Below are positions 8,537 through 19,655 of a DNA stretch of 64,000 bases, in pieces. The notes under the pieces were generated by a model. It was not told the DNA's origin, searched no databases, and was given only the letters and a program-made list of their open reading frames with translations. Each line of letters starts with the position of its first letter. Position 1 is the first letter of the stretch. The DNA comes from an uncultured Armatimonadia bacterium (GTDB taxonomy: Bacteria > Armatimonadota > Zipacnadia > CAVVLO01): contig CAVVLO010000005.1 of NCBI GenBank assembly GCA_963749155.1, positions 545,043 through 609,042 on the forward strand. Direction: 5' to 3'. The position numbers were made by a program, and so were the translations under genes.

Positions 8537-9682
8537 TTATCTCGGCAGATCCGGCATTGGAGAAAACTGACTGCTGCTCCACCGGGCGCGGATGAGCGCT
8601 GCCTCGATATAACCTCTGGCCTGGTCGGGATGACTGGCCGCCCAGACGATTGCCTCGTGGTCCAGGGCGTCCACGCGGTCATTCATCCCGCGCAGGGCGT
8701 CCATCGAGTTGAGCAGCGCGCGCTCGACCGGCATACGTTCAGGATTGATATCCAGCCCGAAATAGCCGTCATACCCGTGCATCTTGAGCGCGTAAAGTGC
8801 GGCTTCAGCTTGCTCGGGCGCGATTACGCCGACGTTCAGGTCCTGATCATAGTTGCCAAGAGGCTGGGCATTCCAGTGGGTGTGGAAGAGCTTGCCGTAT
8901 TCGCATACCAGACTGAGTGAATAGGGAAGGTCCTCATAACCCATCAGCACGTGGCCGACCTCGGGATTAAGTCCGACCAGGCTGTGACCTTCGGCAAGCA
9001 GAGCTTTGTTCTCGGGCGCCTGCAGCGCGGCTTCGGCTTTCTGGGACATCAGGATGCCCTCTGGCGTGGTGCCGTAGAGGATGCGCCCGCGCGGTTCGTA
9101 AGGCTTGGGCTCTTCCGCAACGCGCACTCCTGGCACGGCGTCCATCGCCTCGGCAAGTCCCCAGGCAAAGCGGTCGCGCGCCGCCATCAAATCAAGGCCA
9201 AAGGGATTCTCGTACCCATCAATGCCAGGCCAGACAATCGAAAAATCGGTGTCCAGCTCCTTGTTGAGCGCCAGGGTAATTTTCGTGCGTTCGATAGCGG
9301 CTTGCCGAACCTCAGGAAGCGGGCTGGAAAGCGCGCCGAACTCGAACTGGGCCTCATAGAAAAGGTTGGGGACGATGGTGATGAGCTTGATTCCCGTGTC
9401 GCTGGCGAAAGCCTTAAAGAGGTCGAGATTCTCCTCGTTTACTTCGTTTGGATAATGCGCTTCCAGGCCTCGCAAGCCGTATTTGTAAAGCTTGGAGGCT
9501 TCTTCCAGCACCTGTTCCATTGCCATCGAAGGGGTATACCTGTCATGGAACCGCCCTCCACCTGGCGCGAAGAACCACACCCCGGCTGAAAACTTGAGGT
9601 CGAGTGAGAAACCACCAAGTTGCCTGGCGAGTTCTTCGGGTGTGCGACGCTGCATCTGGCTACGGACATCTTGAAGACCCAT
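8537..9682 (-). CDS. Xylose isomerase-family sugar isomerase (TIM barrel)
   Basis: EPKPYEPRG, GLNPEVGH and HWNAQ...YDQDL correspond to class I XylA metal-binding motifs; GGAGG RBS upstream. Confidence 0.8.
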   Translation of the reverse strand: MGLQDVRSQMQRRTPEELARQLGGFSLDLKFSAGVWFFAPGGGRFHDRYTPSMAMEQVLEEASKLYKYGLRGLEAHYPNEVNEENLDLFKAFASDTGIKLITIVPNLFYEAQFEFGALSSPLPEVRQAAIERTKITLALNKELDTDFSIVWPGIDGYENPFGLDLMAARDRFAWGLAEAMDAVPGVRVAEEPKPYEPRGRILYGTTPEGILMSQKAEAALQAPENKALLAEGHSLVGLNPEVGHVLMGYEDLPYSLSLVCEYGKLFHTHWNAQPLGNYDQDLNVGVIAPEQAEAALYALKMHGYDGYFGLDINPERMPVERALLNSMDALRGMNDRVDALDHEAIVWAASHPDQARGYIEAALIRARWSSSQFSPMPDLPR

Positions 9683-9750
9683 ATCCAATCCCTCCAGTCA
9701 ATCAGACTGAGAAGGTATTGGCTCTCGGCGCCCGGCTTCCTGCCAACGGC

Positions 9751-10152
9751 CTAGCAGGTCAGGTGCAACAGGGCAAAAGTGCGACGGCGCAATCGTTGCT
9801 GATTGTAGACAACGCAGGCGTGAGGGGTTGCGTGCAGTTCATAATCGATGCGGCGGACAGCCAGAAAAGCCAAGGTAGATTCCGGCACCGTCATCAGCCC
9901 GTCACAGCCGGTGCCAATCACCAGCAGCGAGGGGCTGCGCGAAAGTACATCGTCCAGGTCGCAAGGGGTCAGCAGGTGGCATTCGACTCGCCACCAGTTC
10001 CTCTGGACGCCTTCAGGAGTGACAATCACGTCCTCGTTATAGCGCGCTCCGTCAACTGTCAGGGCGCCGAAACTGCAGTGAGTGATCTCTGGAGTTGCTC
10101 TCCGGACTTCGTCCTCAGCCTCAGACGCACCAGGTGTTCTGAGGGGTCCCAT
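9751..10152 (-). CDS. Mth938-like (DUF498) protein; start uncertain
   Basis: SFGALTVDG..Y..DVIV, LLVIGTG, C-terminal LLHLTC. Confidence 0.85.
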   Translation of the reverse strand: MGPLRTPGASEAEDEVRRATPEITHCSFGALTVDGARYNEDVIVTPEGVQRNWWRVECHLLTPCDLDDVLSRSPSLLVIGTGCDGLMTVPESTLAFLAVRRIDYELHATPHACVVYNQQRLRRRTFALLHLTC

Positions 10153-13100
10153 TTCAGCCTCACTAGTGCAACGCTTTGCAGCGTCTTAATAACTTCATTA
10201 TCAAGGGCAAGTTCAATTTCGTCAACTGGAGCCGCAAGACGTAACTCCAATTCTCCCGCACCCTGCACGGAAAAGGATATTTCTATAGTAGTTATCCCTT
10301 TCGTAACCTTGACGTTATTCACGTCTACCTGCCACTGGCTGGGAGTAATCCAGACAGGCAGGCGTTCCCAGATTTCCGCAGCGCCAAGCGGGCTGGTTGA
10401 AGCGGGCAAGAGGAGCCTGCTCGAGGGCGTGTTGTCGATGCTCTCGGCCCCCTCACCAGTCCCGAGAAGCCCTCGCACCACCTGGCCAGTCGGCAATTTG
10501 ATGCTGCGCGCTTTCGAGGCCCTGTTTATCGCTGCGACCCATTGGCCGAAGTCCAACACCTCCAGACCGCTCTTCTGGTCATCTGGAGGAAACAGGGGCG
10601 CCAGGCCTGCCTCTTTGAGAAAGCTGGCTACCAGCAGCAGATCGCCAGCGCGCGCGGCATCCAGCTCTTCTTCGCCTGTCCAGAGGTAGCAGTTCCCCTG
10701 CCTCAGCAGCACAGGCGTTGCAGCCTGACCTGCAGTTGCGAGGCTTTCGGTATTCGCTGCCAACTTGCCCCTTGGAGTAGCACTCGAAAGCGCAAGCTGG
10801 AAGGGCAGCGAGCTTTTCATAAAGCCGAAATCTCTGGCGAAAGCGCCTTGCGCATTAGCTACGCGCAGCGCGCAGGGGCCTGCGGTTATACCGGCAGCAG
10901 GATGATCAAGCTCAAGCGCTGCCACCAGGCAGTTCTCTTGCCCCAGGCGCACTAGCTCGGTCGGGAGTTTTACTTTTAACTCGCCTCGCAGGGCTTCGCC
11001 TTCGGCAGGCTTCAGCGCCTGGCCATTCAGGTACAGCCTGGCATCCGCCTCGACCCAGCGCAAGGCAAGTTCCAGCTCCTGACCTTCCCAGTCAGAGGGG
11101 AGGTTAAAGGTCTTCCTGACAAGAGCCGGGCCGATAAAGTCGCGCCATTTTGAGGTGCCTTCTCCAAGCAGGCCGGGTATCCAGGTGGCCTCCCAGGCCG
11201 CATCATCATACTCAACAGCAGAAGCCAGAACAGGCTCAGGAGCGCCTTCTGCGCCATAAAAGACCTGCCATAGGCCGGGCAAGCTCCAATTGGGAGAATT
11301 GCCCGCCTTCGGCAAGCGGAGTCGGAGGCGCAGCCCAGAAGAGCCCTCGCTTTGCCAGTTCGGCCTGCAAGCCTTTTGCGCCTGTAAGCCCACTTGCGCC
11401 CTGCCAGGGCCAACCCGCAAGAAGCACCGGCTTGCCCGACTCGGCAAGGGCTAGCACCGCCTCAGGTTCCATCCCATCAAGCTCGGCGATTACTGCCTGG
11501 TATCTGGAAAGCAGTTCCGGATGGGCGGCGAGATAATCGCTACTGGCGGCATCCCAGTCCAGCTCGCACTGTTCAACGAGCCGCATTGTGGAATCCAGAC
11601 TCGAGGAGCCAAGCGCCATCCGGCGAAGGCTGCCAACGCAGAGCACCTGGGGGGAGCGCTCTCGGGAGGCGTTTGCGAAAAAAGGCGCCGCTTTGGTAAG
11701 GAAAGCTGCCTCAGGCTTAATCTCGCTGCGTTCATTGAGAAAGCCATAATCACGATAATTGATGTAGGAGAAAGGCAGAAACCCTTGCCCCAGGCCAATC
11801 TGGCTGACAAACTGAGCCGCGAACCTGGGCACCACCTCGCTGTCGAAGCTCCAGGTGCCAGCCGCAGCCGCAAGCCTGGCCTGGGTGCCTCCAGCCCCAT
11901 AGTGAGTGCCAACCGAGGTCAGCCCAGGAGTGTGCCACTGCATAAAGCTGACCAGATTGAGAGGGATGGGATCTTTCTCCCATTCCTGCCCGCCAACACT
12001 GGCTTGCTGCACTACCTGGACAAAAGGCGCTTCCTCTTTTACCAGGCGAGCGAGCTGGGCGCACAAGTCCACCTGATACTCCCGGGCCCAGGTCAGATAA
12101 TCCGCCAGGCGCGCGCTCGTTTTTCCTGGCTCCCCGTGGCTTCCCGGAGGCAATACGCTGCCTTTCGCCAGGCTTTCGCCCTCGGCCAAACCATTGCGCT
12201 CAGGCAGCAATTCTGTGACGCTCCAGGCTCTGTTCAGCGCGGCATCGCTGCCATACCGCGCTTTGAGATAGCTATTCCAGCTTTTCATAAGCCAGGGCAG
12301 GTCGGCGATCGTTCCCGCATCGTCTTCAGGGGTCCACCAGGGCTCGATGCTGCTGATGGCGGGTTCGTTGGTAGGCACTTCGAAGCTGGCCACATTTTCT
12401 GAGGGCGCCACCAGATGAGCCAGAGCGCGAATCATAAGCGCAAGTCCCTCGGGATCCTGATAGGGATTCTGTTGATCGTTATGGGCGTTCTCAAAGCCTT
12501 CCGGCCCCTTATGAAACCATTCTGGATAAGGCCAGTGAGGATCGACATCCACCCATAGCCCCCATTTGTCCGCCCAGGCGATACAGGTGCGCATATAAGA
12601 GGCATAATCTTCAGCAACCTGGCCTTTCTCAGGCATAAAATCGGAAAGCTGCACAACCAGCCTGACTGCATTGAATCCCAGCCAGGCAAGCTGCCGGAAG
12701 TCTGCTTCGACAAGCGGGCGAAATCCGCCCTCTGCACGTCCCGGCACATAGATTGTCCGAGCAAGATAAGGGCCAAACAGATTGACAGGTTTGCCCGCCG
12801 GATCAAGCATCTGGCCGTCTTCGAAGCGCGCTCGCCGCTTGGCTCGTTCCTCAGCCGGCAGGTTGAAAAAAGCTGCCCAGACCTCTCCAAGTATCTCGTC
12901 ACTGCTGATTAGCAGGCTGGCAAGCTCTCCGGAGGCGCCCTCAACCAGGAGGGATTCAGCCTCAAGCAAGCCCTCTTCAAGCCTCTTTACTGCCTCTTCC
13001 GGCGCCTTCCGGTCCTCGCCATCAACTGGCTCGAGATTTGTCTCCCACCAGGCCAGAGCGCCTCGCAGGGCAAGGTAGTGTTTTATGGCTGAGGCCCAGG

Positions 13101-13899
13101 CTTCAGCAGCCAGTAAGGGCTCTTCAACGGCTTCTGGAAGCGCCACGCCGGCTTCTGCAACCTGGCCAATCTGCTTCTGGATGGCAAGATAGGCGTCACT
13201 GGCAGCTTCGGCATAGTTGCTTGGGCAGAAGGCGCGCGCTTCAAAGGCCTCTGCATTCGCCATAAGCGCTCTGCCTCTGTCTGCGAACTGGGCCAGTTTC
13301 AACCGCCGGGCCTCTTCAGCGTCAGCAAGAAGGCTTGCAGAGTCCATCCAGACCTGTCCCGGAGCGCCCTCAAGACCGAAATAGACAGCTCCCACACGCC
13401 TGGGATCCAGAGGTTGCCCCTGGAAGGTGCGGATACGCGAGAAGACCAGTTCCTGCCGCTGCCAGTCAGTTGTCATCGAGAGGGCGACTCTCGCTATTGG
13501 CTGGGGATCCCAACGATTCGAGGTGGTGCTGAAATGGACAACCAGAGTGCCCTCTCTTGAGCCTTTCAGCCAAAAGGCAAGCCCTCTTGCGATGAGCCAG
13601 GTGGTCGGATTGGTCTCCATACCGAAGAAGCCCCATCCCTCGGTCGCCTCGTGGTCTTTCGCTTCAAACGTGACGCACAGGGCCCTGCCCTCTTTGCCCT
13701 CGGCCGCCAGTTTCCGCGCGCCTGTCCAGTTGTCACTGCAATCGAACCAGTCTCCCCAGGCGTCCATTGGCGAAGCCAGGGGCTCTTGGGCGGGTTCGAA
13801 GTCTGCCAGAAGCACCTCACCAGGCACCTCGCTGGGCCTTTGAGAATATCCGACAGTAGATATCAGCGCTAGCATCAGGACGAAGAACAACCGCTTCAT
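10059..13899 (-). CDS. Large secreted multidomain glycoside hydrolase (CBM11/CIA30-like, GH5/GH42-like TIM barrel, trimerisation-like and GH2-type sugar-binding domains); one frameshift
   Basis: Signal peptide MKRLFFVLMLA; GFNAVRL and NEP catalytic motifs. Removing one G at 11277-11279 joins the two ORFs as ...LELAGLWQVFYG... Confidence 0.7.
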
Positions 13900-13984
13900 T
13901 CCGAGCCTCCTGCCCAAAACTGCTTGTTGGCCTACCCATGTCCCATTATAATGGGTTAAGCCGCTCTTCAACAGGAGGCCAGTT

Positions 13985-15247
13985 TTGAACCGACTCCTGC
14001 TTTTGATTGTATTGTGTGCGCTGGGTGGATGGGTTGCCCTGGGCTTTGCTGATTCCGCTTCTTACGAGATAAAGCCTCGCCCAGCGCTTATGTATCTGCC
14101 TCTCGGTCTTCCAGTTGAGGTAGAGGCGCCCTCTGGCCTCGAAGCCAGTAAATGGCAGCAAGGGTATCAACTGGGCCGCGGTCTGGCTGAGGCTTTGCCT
14201 CTTGCAGCGGAAACTACTGAGCTTTTGCTTGCAGAGCCGATGGCCGACAAAAACTTCGACGAGAAGAAACTGGCCAAATATTTGGCCGATCTCCAAAAGG
14301 CTTATACCGCAGGCAAAGCTGCTGACGTCTTCAAGCAACTTGACAAGCTTGCGGGGCAGGTTGAGGACTACGATGAGTATCTGCGAGACATCGCTGCCAA
14401 GCGCGGCTGGCAGGTTGTCTGGCTGGATGGCTCTCGCGAGCTTCCCTATCCCGCCTTCCAGGCCCTTCGGCGCTCACTTGGGCAAAGAGGCCAGTTGCCT
14501 TTAATGTGGCCAGAAGACGCCAACCGGGCTGATTTCGCCCTTGAGCTTGCTCCCTCTCTCGTAGATGGCGAGGGCTTCTTTCTCACTGATATTGAGATGC
14601 CAACCGGCCTTCGCCAATTGGTGCTCGAAGGCACTTCCTCTGCCGCCACTTGTGCAGGGGCCTGGCGCCTTGCGGTAGGAGAAGGCCTCTCCTTCAGGCA
14701 GGTCGCCTTTCCTGCTCTTCAGACTTATGGCTTGCGCCTCAGGCTTTCCGAACCTGGCCTGGCTAGCGCCGAGGCTGCCTGGCCTGCGCTGCGCGCGCTG
14801 GAAATTTCCGCTCGGGCTGGCCATAATTCGCTGGGGCTTCAGCTAATCGGTGAATGGACTCCGGAAGGGCTTGGACGTCTTGAAGCCATATTGCTTGCTT
14901 CAGAAAAACTAGGGCTGACGCCCTTTTGTACAGCCTCTACTTCGCTGCGAGGTGGCTCTGCTCTTAAAGAAGCTCTCGAAAGGGGCGACTCTACCGAAGG
15001 GCCGCGCCTGCTCTTTGCGGAAGCCGAAGAACGCCAATCGGCCTTCTGGCAAGTGGCAGCCCAGGCAGTGCGTTCAGGGGTTACTTCGCTTGCCCTGCCT
15101 GCAATACCGCCCAGCGATGAAGGAGCAGAACGCCAACTCTTCCGGTCTTGCCTCGACCTTTCCTTCGCTGTCTGGAACCCCTTCGATCCTCCCTCGCGAA
15201 CCTGGTACCAACTGCCTTCGGTAATCCTGCCAGAAGATTCAGAATAA
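13985..15247 (+). CDS. Secreted hypothetical protein, possibly a divergent GH-like TIM barrel
   Basis: Signal peptide; 420 aa ORF divergent from the GH gene; weak similarity only (C-terminal VWNP). Confidence 0.55.
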   Translation: MNRLLLLIVLCALGGWVALGFADSASYEIKPRPALMYLPLGLPVEVEAPSGLEASKWQQGYQLGRGLAEALPLAAETTELLLAEPMADKNFDEKKLAKYLADLQKAYTAGKAADVFKQLDKLAGQVEDYDEYLRDIAAKRGWQVVWLDGSRELPYPAFQALRRSLGQRGQLPLMWPEDANRADFALELAPSLVDGEGFFLTDIEMPTGLRQLVLEGTSSAATCAGAWRLAVGEGLSFRQVAFPALQTYGLRLRLSEPGLASAEAAWPALRALEISARAGHNSLGLQLIGEWTPEGLGRLEAILLASEKLGLTPFCTASTSLRGGSALKEALERGDSTEGPRLLFAEAEERQSAFWQVAAQAVRSGVTSLALPAIPPSDEGAERQLFRSCLDLSFAVWNPFDPPSRTWYQLPSVILPEDSE

Positions 15248-15440
15248 GTATCAAAAAAATTTATCTTATCTGCTCTAAAGTTTACTCGAATAACTCCCGA
15301 TAACCTGTTCAAGCAAGCAGGCCAGAGCAGGAAACCTGTAACTTTTGTAGTATTATTGACCATAAGTCAGTCGTAAATCTTGCCAAAAGTAGTATTCAAG
15401 ATAACAAGACTGACAAGACTAGTCTGAGGGAGGAAACTCG

Positions 15441-17666
15441 ATGGGTAGAAAATCACTACTTTTGGTTTTGATGCTTGTTGCGGCTGCCTGGGTGTTGGCA
15501 GGCTGTGGTGGTAGCGGGGGAGGAGTGGACACTGGCGCGCTTTCTGGCTTCGCTTACATGGAGATCATCACGCTTTCAGGTGATTCTGAAAGAGCTGCCC
15601 AGCCAATAGTGCTTAGCACCTCGCCAACTCCCCCAGACGGCTATGAGCCACTTTTCCCGGGTACAGTTGGCGGAGACGCTGGGACTGGCGTTACGTATCC
15701 CAATGGCTCCTATTTCCTCGGAGAGCTGCCCCCAGGCCTTTATAGCATTACCTTGGAAAGACCTGACGACCCACTTTCGCTCAGTACCTATGAAGTCGAA
15801 GTGACCAAGGGCCTGGTCACCTATGGTGACGACGAAGAGACAGGCGAGTATAAGGGTGATGGTTACCGCCTGATTGATTACTTCAATCCTGTTGTTGGCA
15901 AGACCTGGTATTACGAACCGGAATTACGCGGCACCATGCCGAATTTTGGATTCATCCGCAACGAGGTCATCGGTGACGAGATTGGTGCGCTTGGACTTTG
16001 GTACGGAGATGACGACGGCCCCTGCTTCGGCGATGTAGATGGCAAGCTTGCTCTGCTGGGCCTTGCGAGTCGCGAGCCTGGTTATTTGGCCAGTCTTGAT
16101 CCGGCTGTCGTTTTCCCCGAGGATATCGAAGTCGGTGATACCGCCCAGGGCCTGGTGGATGTTACTCCTGTGGCCCGTTCAGAGTCTCGCAACGGCGTGA
16201 CTTCGATGGCGTTTTTCTGGGCTTTCCTGGGCCTGGAGGATATCACTACTCCGGCAGGGGCCTATGTTGACTGCCTGCATTTCCAGATGGCCTTTACTGC
16301 AGGCGCCGAAGTAGATCCGCAGGATATGACTGATGTCTGGTTTGCCCAGGGAGTTGGCCCTGTGGCCTGGACTCGCGCCTATCAGGATCGTCCAACCACC
16401 GAATACACTATCGAATCCTTGCTACTCAACAGCATCGTCGATGAGTCGATTTCTGGTCCCTTCACAATGCTTGATTACTATCCAATGAAACTGGGCGACG
16501 TGCGCGGCTACAGCTATGTGGATCGCAGCGCGCCGGCCAAAACCTTTTCAGTGGATTCCTACAACAGGTTGGTGGGGCTTGTTCAGGTTGCGGGCGCCAA
16601 GGCTTTTGCCCAGGCAACCGCTCATAATGACGGCTCTCTCGATGATGACCTGATGTTGATGAGCAACGACGCGAATGGGCTGCGACTATACGGAATGATC
16701 ACTCCGATGGGTGGTTTTGCAGCCGTGAATTCAGCTTCCAACGCCATTACGATACCAGCGTCGGTTGAGGTGGGCGATAACGACTCAGGCTCAGTCACCT
16801 TGACTACCGATACCGGGTTCGAAAAAGAAGTGGATTACAGCTGGTTTATCATCGGCACCGCTAGGATGGCTTCAAACCTGACTGGTCCAGTCCCTTGCCT
16901 GATGCTTGATTTGCGGTTGATGCCAGAAGGCGAGACGGGTATGCGCACCATAATGTATCTGGCAGAAGACTATGGACCGATCGTAGAAGAGGAGTTTGAA
17001 GAGACCAGCCCGGGAAGTGGCGAATGGGAGACTGAAGGGCTACGCGAGCTTGGATATTATGATGAGGGTGACTGGGCTGCAACCATCCAGCCATCAAATC
17101 CAGCCGTATATCTGCAGAATGCTCCTGGGCGCAACTGGGCCCTGGAGGATATGCTGAGTAATGATTTCGAGGCTGATATCTACGCGGATACCTCCCAGGG
17201 TAGTTCGCAGGCCAGGGTGGAGTTCTCTGCCACACTTGGTCGTATCGAGAACACTAACGAGGCTTACTGGTTCTCCAACGGCCTGGATGACAGCTTGTCC
17301 TTCTGGGCCAGGCGCGATGTGGGCGACGACCCAATAACCTTTGATGAGCCAATTGTGATTCCAGCAGGGGCTCTGCTCGGTGACAACTGGACCTTTGATG
17401 TGGATGACGATGTGACTGTCAAGGTCACTGTCACGGGGCTTTTCATCGAACCCTGGTGGAGCGAGAGTGCCGCAGCAAGGGTAACACCAAGCTCCCCCAG
17501 CTCTCTGGCTCTCAAGCTCGAAGTTGAAGATCCTGCGGGTTCTTTCGTAAAGTATTGGTTCTTGAACCAGTACACAGGACTTGACAGGTTGCTGGATCTT
17601 GAGGTAGGTGCCCCTGAGTATTATTACAGGTATCCTGCCGCAGAGTGTTACGACATACCCAGCTAG
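15441..17666 (+). CDS. Acidic lipoprotein with a carboxypeptidase-regulatory-like domain and three tandem DUF3108-like beta repeats
   Basis: Lipobox LAGC; GGAGG RBS; repeats start at LIDYFNPVVGKTWYY / MLDYYPMKLGDVRGY / AVYLQNAPGRNWAL and contain ITTPAG..DC...WFAQGVGPV-like motifs. Confidence 0.75.
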   Translation: MGRKSLLLVLMLVAAAWVLAGCGGSGGGVDTGALSGFAYMEIITLSGDSERAAQPIVLSTSPTPPDGYEPLFPGTVGGDAGTGVTYPNGSYFLGELPPGLYSITLERPDDPLSLSTYEVEVTKGLVTYGDDEETGEYKGDGYRLIDYFNPVVGKTWYYEPELRGTMPNFGFIRNEVIGDEIGALGLWYGDDDGPCFGDVDGKLALLGLASREPGYLASLDPAVVFPEDIEVGDTAQGLVDVTPVARSESRNGVTSMAFFWAFLGLEDITTPAGAYVDCLHFQMAFTAGAEVDPQDMTDVWFAQGVGPVAWTRAYQDRPTTEYTIESLLLNSIVDESISGPFTMLDYYPMKLGDVRGYSYVDRSAPAKTFSVDSYNRLVGLVQVAGAKAFAQATAHNDGSLDDDLMLMSNDANGLRLYGMITPMGGFAAVNSASNAITIPASVEVGDNDSGSVTLTTDTGFEKEVDYSWFIIGTARMASNLTGPVPCLMLDLRLMPEGETGMRTIMYLAEDYGPIVEEEFEETSPGSGEWETEGLRELGYYDEGDWAATIQPSNPAVYLQNAPGRNWALEDMLSNDFEADIYADTSQGSSQARVEFSATLGRIENTNEAYWFSNGLDDSLSFWARRDVGDDPITFDEPIVIPAGALLGDNWTFDVDDDVTVKVTVTGLFIEPWWSESAAARVTPSSPSSLALKLEVEDPAGSFVKYWFLNQYTGLDRLLDLEVGAPEYYYRYPAAECYDIPS

Positions 17667-17683
17667 GGCTGTGGTACAACATG

Positions 17684-17720
17684 GGTCGGTCAGTGCTTCG
17701 GTGCTGACCGACCTCTTGTT
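17684..17720 (+). terminator. Intrinsic terminator of the lipoprotein gene
   Basis: GGTCGGTCAGTGC-TTCG-GTGCTGACCGACC stem with a cUUCGg loop, followed by TCTTGTT. Confidence 0.75.
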
Positions 17721-17761
17721 AGGCAAAAACAGGCCTTTTGCCCCGGTGGTCAGATGCCAGT

Positions 17762-18514
17762 CTAATGTGCTGGGGTTTTACTTTCCTCTTCTGTAGAGTT
17801 CACGATCTTCCAGCTAGCTCCGTCGCGTTCCAGTTCGAAGAGTATTCGACGCTCAGGCTGACTGACCAGGTAGACGATGAAGGCCTTGTCTTTGCCGGTA
17901 GAGCGCACATCATAATAAACGGGCACTTCCCCAGCTTTTTCGACCTCTCCGGCCAGCATCACGGGCACCAGATGAAGGCTTTCACCAGAAAGTCCAGTCC
18001 GGGCCAATAGCTCTTCAACTGTAACCTGGATAATGAGGTTTTGATCGCCGGAGGGAAGAGGTAGCACAGGCTCCCCTTTGAACCGACCCAGTTGCCACTG
18101 CATTAGAAAATAAACGCCCAATATGGCTAGCAGCATTAGAGGGATTTGCCATACTGGCAGCAGCGAAAGCTTGTTTGGTGTCGCCTTTGGACCATCGTTA
18201 CTGACTTCTCGACCAGAGCCTTCCAGCCAAATCTGCAGGCGATAACCACAGACTTCGAGCGTTGCTCCATCCTCGAGTTGGGTTTCGCCAGCAAGAGGCG
18301 TCCCATCGAGCAGCACCTCTGCTGAATCGTCAACCTGCTCGATGGCCCAGCCGCGCCCCGCTGGATAGAGCCGCAATAAACGCAGGGGAGAGCCAGGCTC
18401 TGTCAGCTTCAAGTCGCAGTGGTCATCTGCTCCTACCCAAACTGGCTCGGTAGACAGCTCCACCAGGGTCCTTCTGCCGTCAGGGGCCCACATTACCAGC
18501 GCGTTCTGGTCCAT
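17762..18514 (-). CDS. Membrane protein with an N-terminal degenerate FHA domain
   Basis: FHA-like pattern WVG...CDL.L...W.IEQ...VLLDG...LEDGATLEVCGY followed by one TM helix. Confidence 0.65.
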   Translation of the reverse strand: MDQNALVMWAPDGRRTLVELSTEPVWVGADDHCDLKLTEPGSPLRLLRLYPAGRGWAIEQVDDSAEVLLDGTPLAGETQLEDGATLEVCGYRLQIWLEGSGREVSNDGPKATPNKLSLLPVWQIPLMLLAILGVYFLMQWQLGRFKGEPVLPLPSGDQNLIIQVTVEELLARTGLSGESLHLVPVMLAGEVEKAGEVPVYYDVRSTGKDKAFIVYLVSQPERRILFELERDGASWKIVNSTEEESKTPAH

Positions 18515-18536
18515 CACCCGGCTCCTCGCCGCTAGT

Positions 18537-19655
18537 CTAGCAGCTCAGCAATTCCTTTAACCTGGCAACGACAGTACCTGCTTTGGGCGGGCAGCCTTCG
18601 GCACAGGGGCGGCCTTCTGTCTTCGCACAGTTGCCGATTGCCAGGTCGGCCGACTCGTCAGGGGTGCCCAGCGCGAAAGCCAGGCCTCGTTCAGCCAGTT
18701 CTCTGCGCAGTCCCTCGGCGTCTTCAGCTTCGACAGCTTGCAAGGCCTGCATCAACCTCATCAGGCAGCCCGAACAAGCCCCCTTGCTGTGAAACTCCAC
18801 GCCCTGGAACCGCTCAAATAACGCCTCATGCGGCAGCCGGAAACGCCGGCCGCGCGCAAGCAGTTCTGCCCCGATAACCTCTGCTGAAGAGCGAAGCTCT
18901 GCCAGGGCTTTCAGCCAGGGTTTGTAAGTGTTGATGGTCCCCAGATCAACCTGCATCAACTCGGCGGCAAGCCCATCGCTTAACAGCCAGCTTGGCGAGG
19001 CGACTGCCAAATCAAGGGGGACTGGATCGCCAGCCGCGGGGCCCATCCCATCCATCCCGGGCGAGGCGTCCATTATAGTCAGCTCGGTAGGCAACAGTTT
19101 TGGCAGTGAAGCCACCCCTCGATCGATGTCCAGCTTGTGGAGGCCCATCTTGCCGGTCCCATGCAGAAATCCTTTCAGATTTTTAGCCGACAGAGTGATC
19201 CCACAATCCAGGTGGGTCTTCATTACGCCAACGGTTATATGGAAGTCAGCCCACCAATACCATTCGGTAACAAGCAATTCCTCGGGCAGCTTGCCGAAAT
19301 CACTGCCTCTGACCCGCCGGTGGTTCCAGTGTTCGAAGGGCACCCAGCGCACTCCCTGACGCTTGCAGGCGGCAGCGATCCCAGTTTCGGTGAAACAGGC
19401 TTCGGGGTCTTCATTGCCATAAAAACCGCTCTCACCTACGACCACTGCGCTCGCTCCCGCCGCTTTGGCCCAGTGGATTATTCCCTCGACCAGGTGGGGA
19501 TTACTGACCGAGCCAGTGCGATAATCGGCGGCCTGGTGGAGATTGGGCTTTATCAACACTCGCTTGCCAGTAAGGTCCAGCCCAAGTTGGCTGAGTGCTC
19601 TGGTCACAGCCGGGATGCCCTCGGTGGTATCGAAGATGATGGCGCGCTCAGGCAT
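18537..19655 (-). CDS. DUF362 domain protein with C-terminal Cys motifs (putative Fe-S protein)
   Basis: VLIKPNL, MKTH...TLSAKNLKG, GMDGMGPAAG; ACSGC, GNCA and GCPP Cys motifs. Confidence 0.88.
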   Translation of the reverse strand: MPERAIIFDTTEGIPAVTRALSQLGLDLTGKRVLIKPNLHQAADYRTGSVSNPHLVEGIIHWAKAAGASAVVVGESGFYGNEDPEACFTETGIAAACKRQGVRWVPFEHWNHRRVRGSDFGKLPEELLVTEWYWWADFHITVGVMKTHLDCGITLSAKNLKGFLHGTGKMGLHKLDIDRGVASLPKLLPTELTIMDASPGMDGMGPAAGDPVPLDLAVASPSWLLSDGLAAELMQVDLGTINTYKPWLKALAELRSSAEVIGAELLARGRRFRLPHEALFERFQGVEFHSKGACSGCLMRLMQALQAVEAEDAEGLRRELAERGLAFALGTPDESADLAIGNCAKTEGRPCAEGCPPKAGTVVARLKELLSC

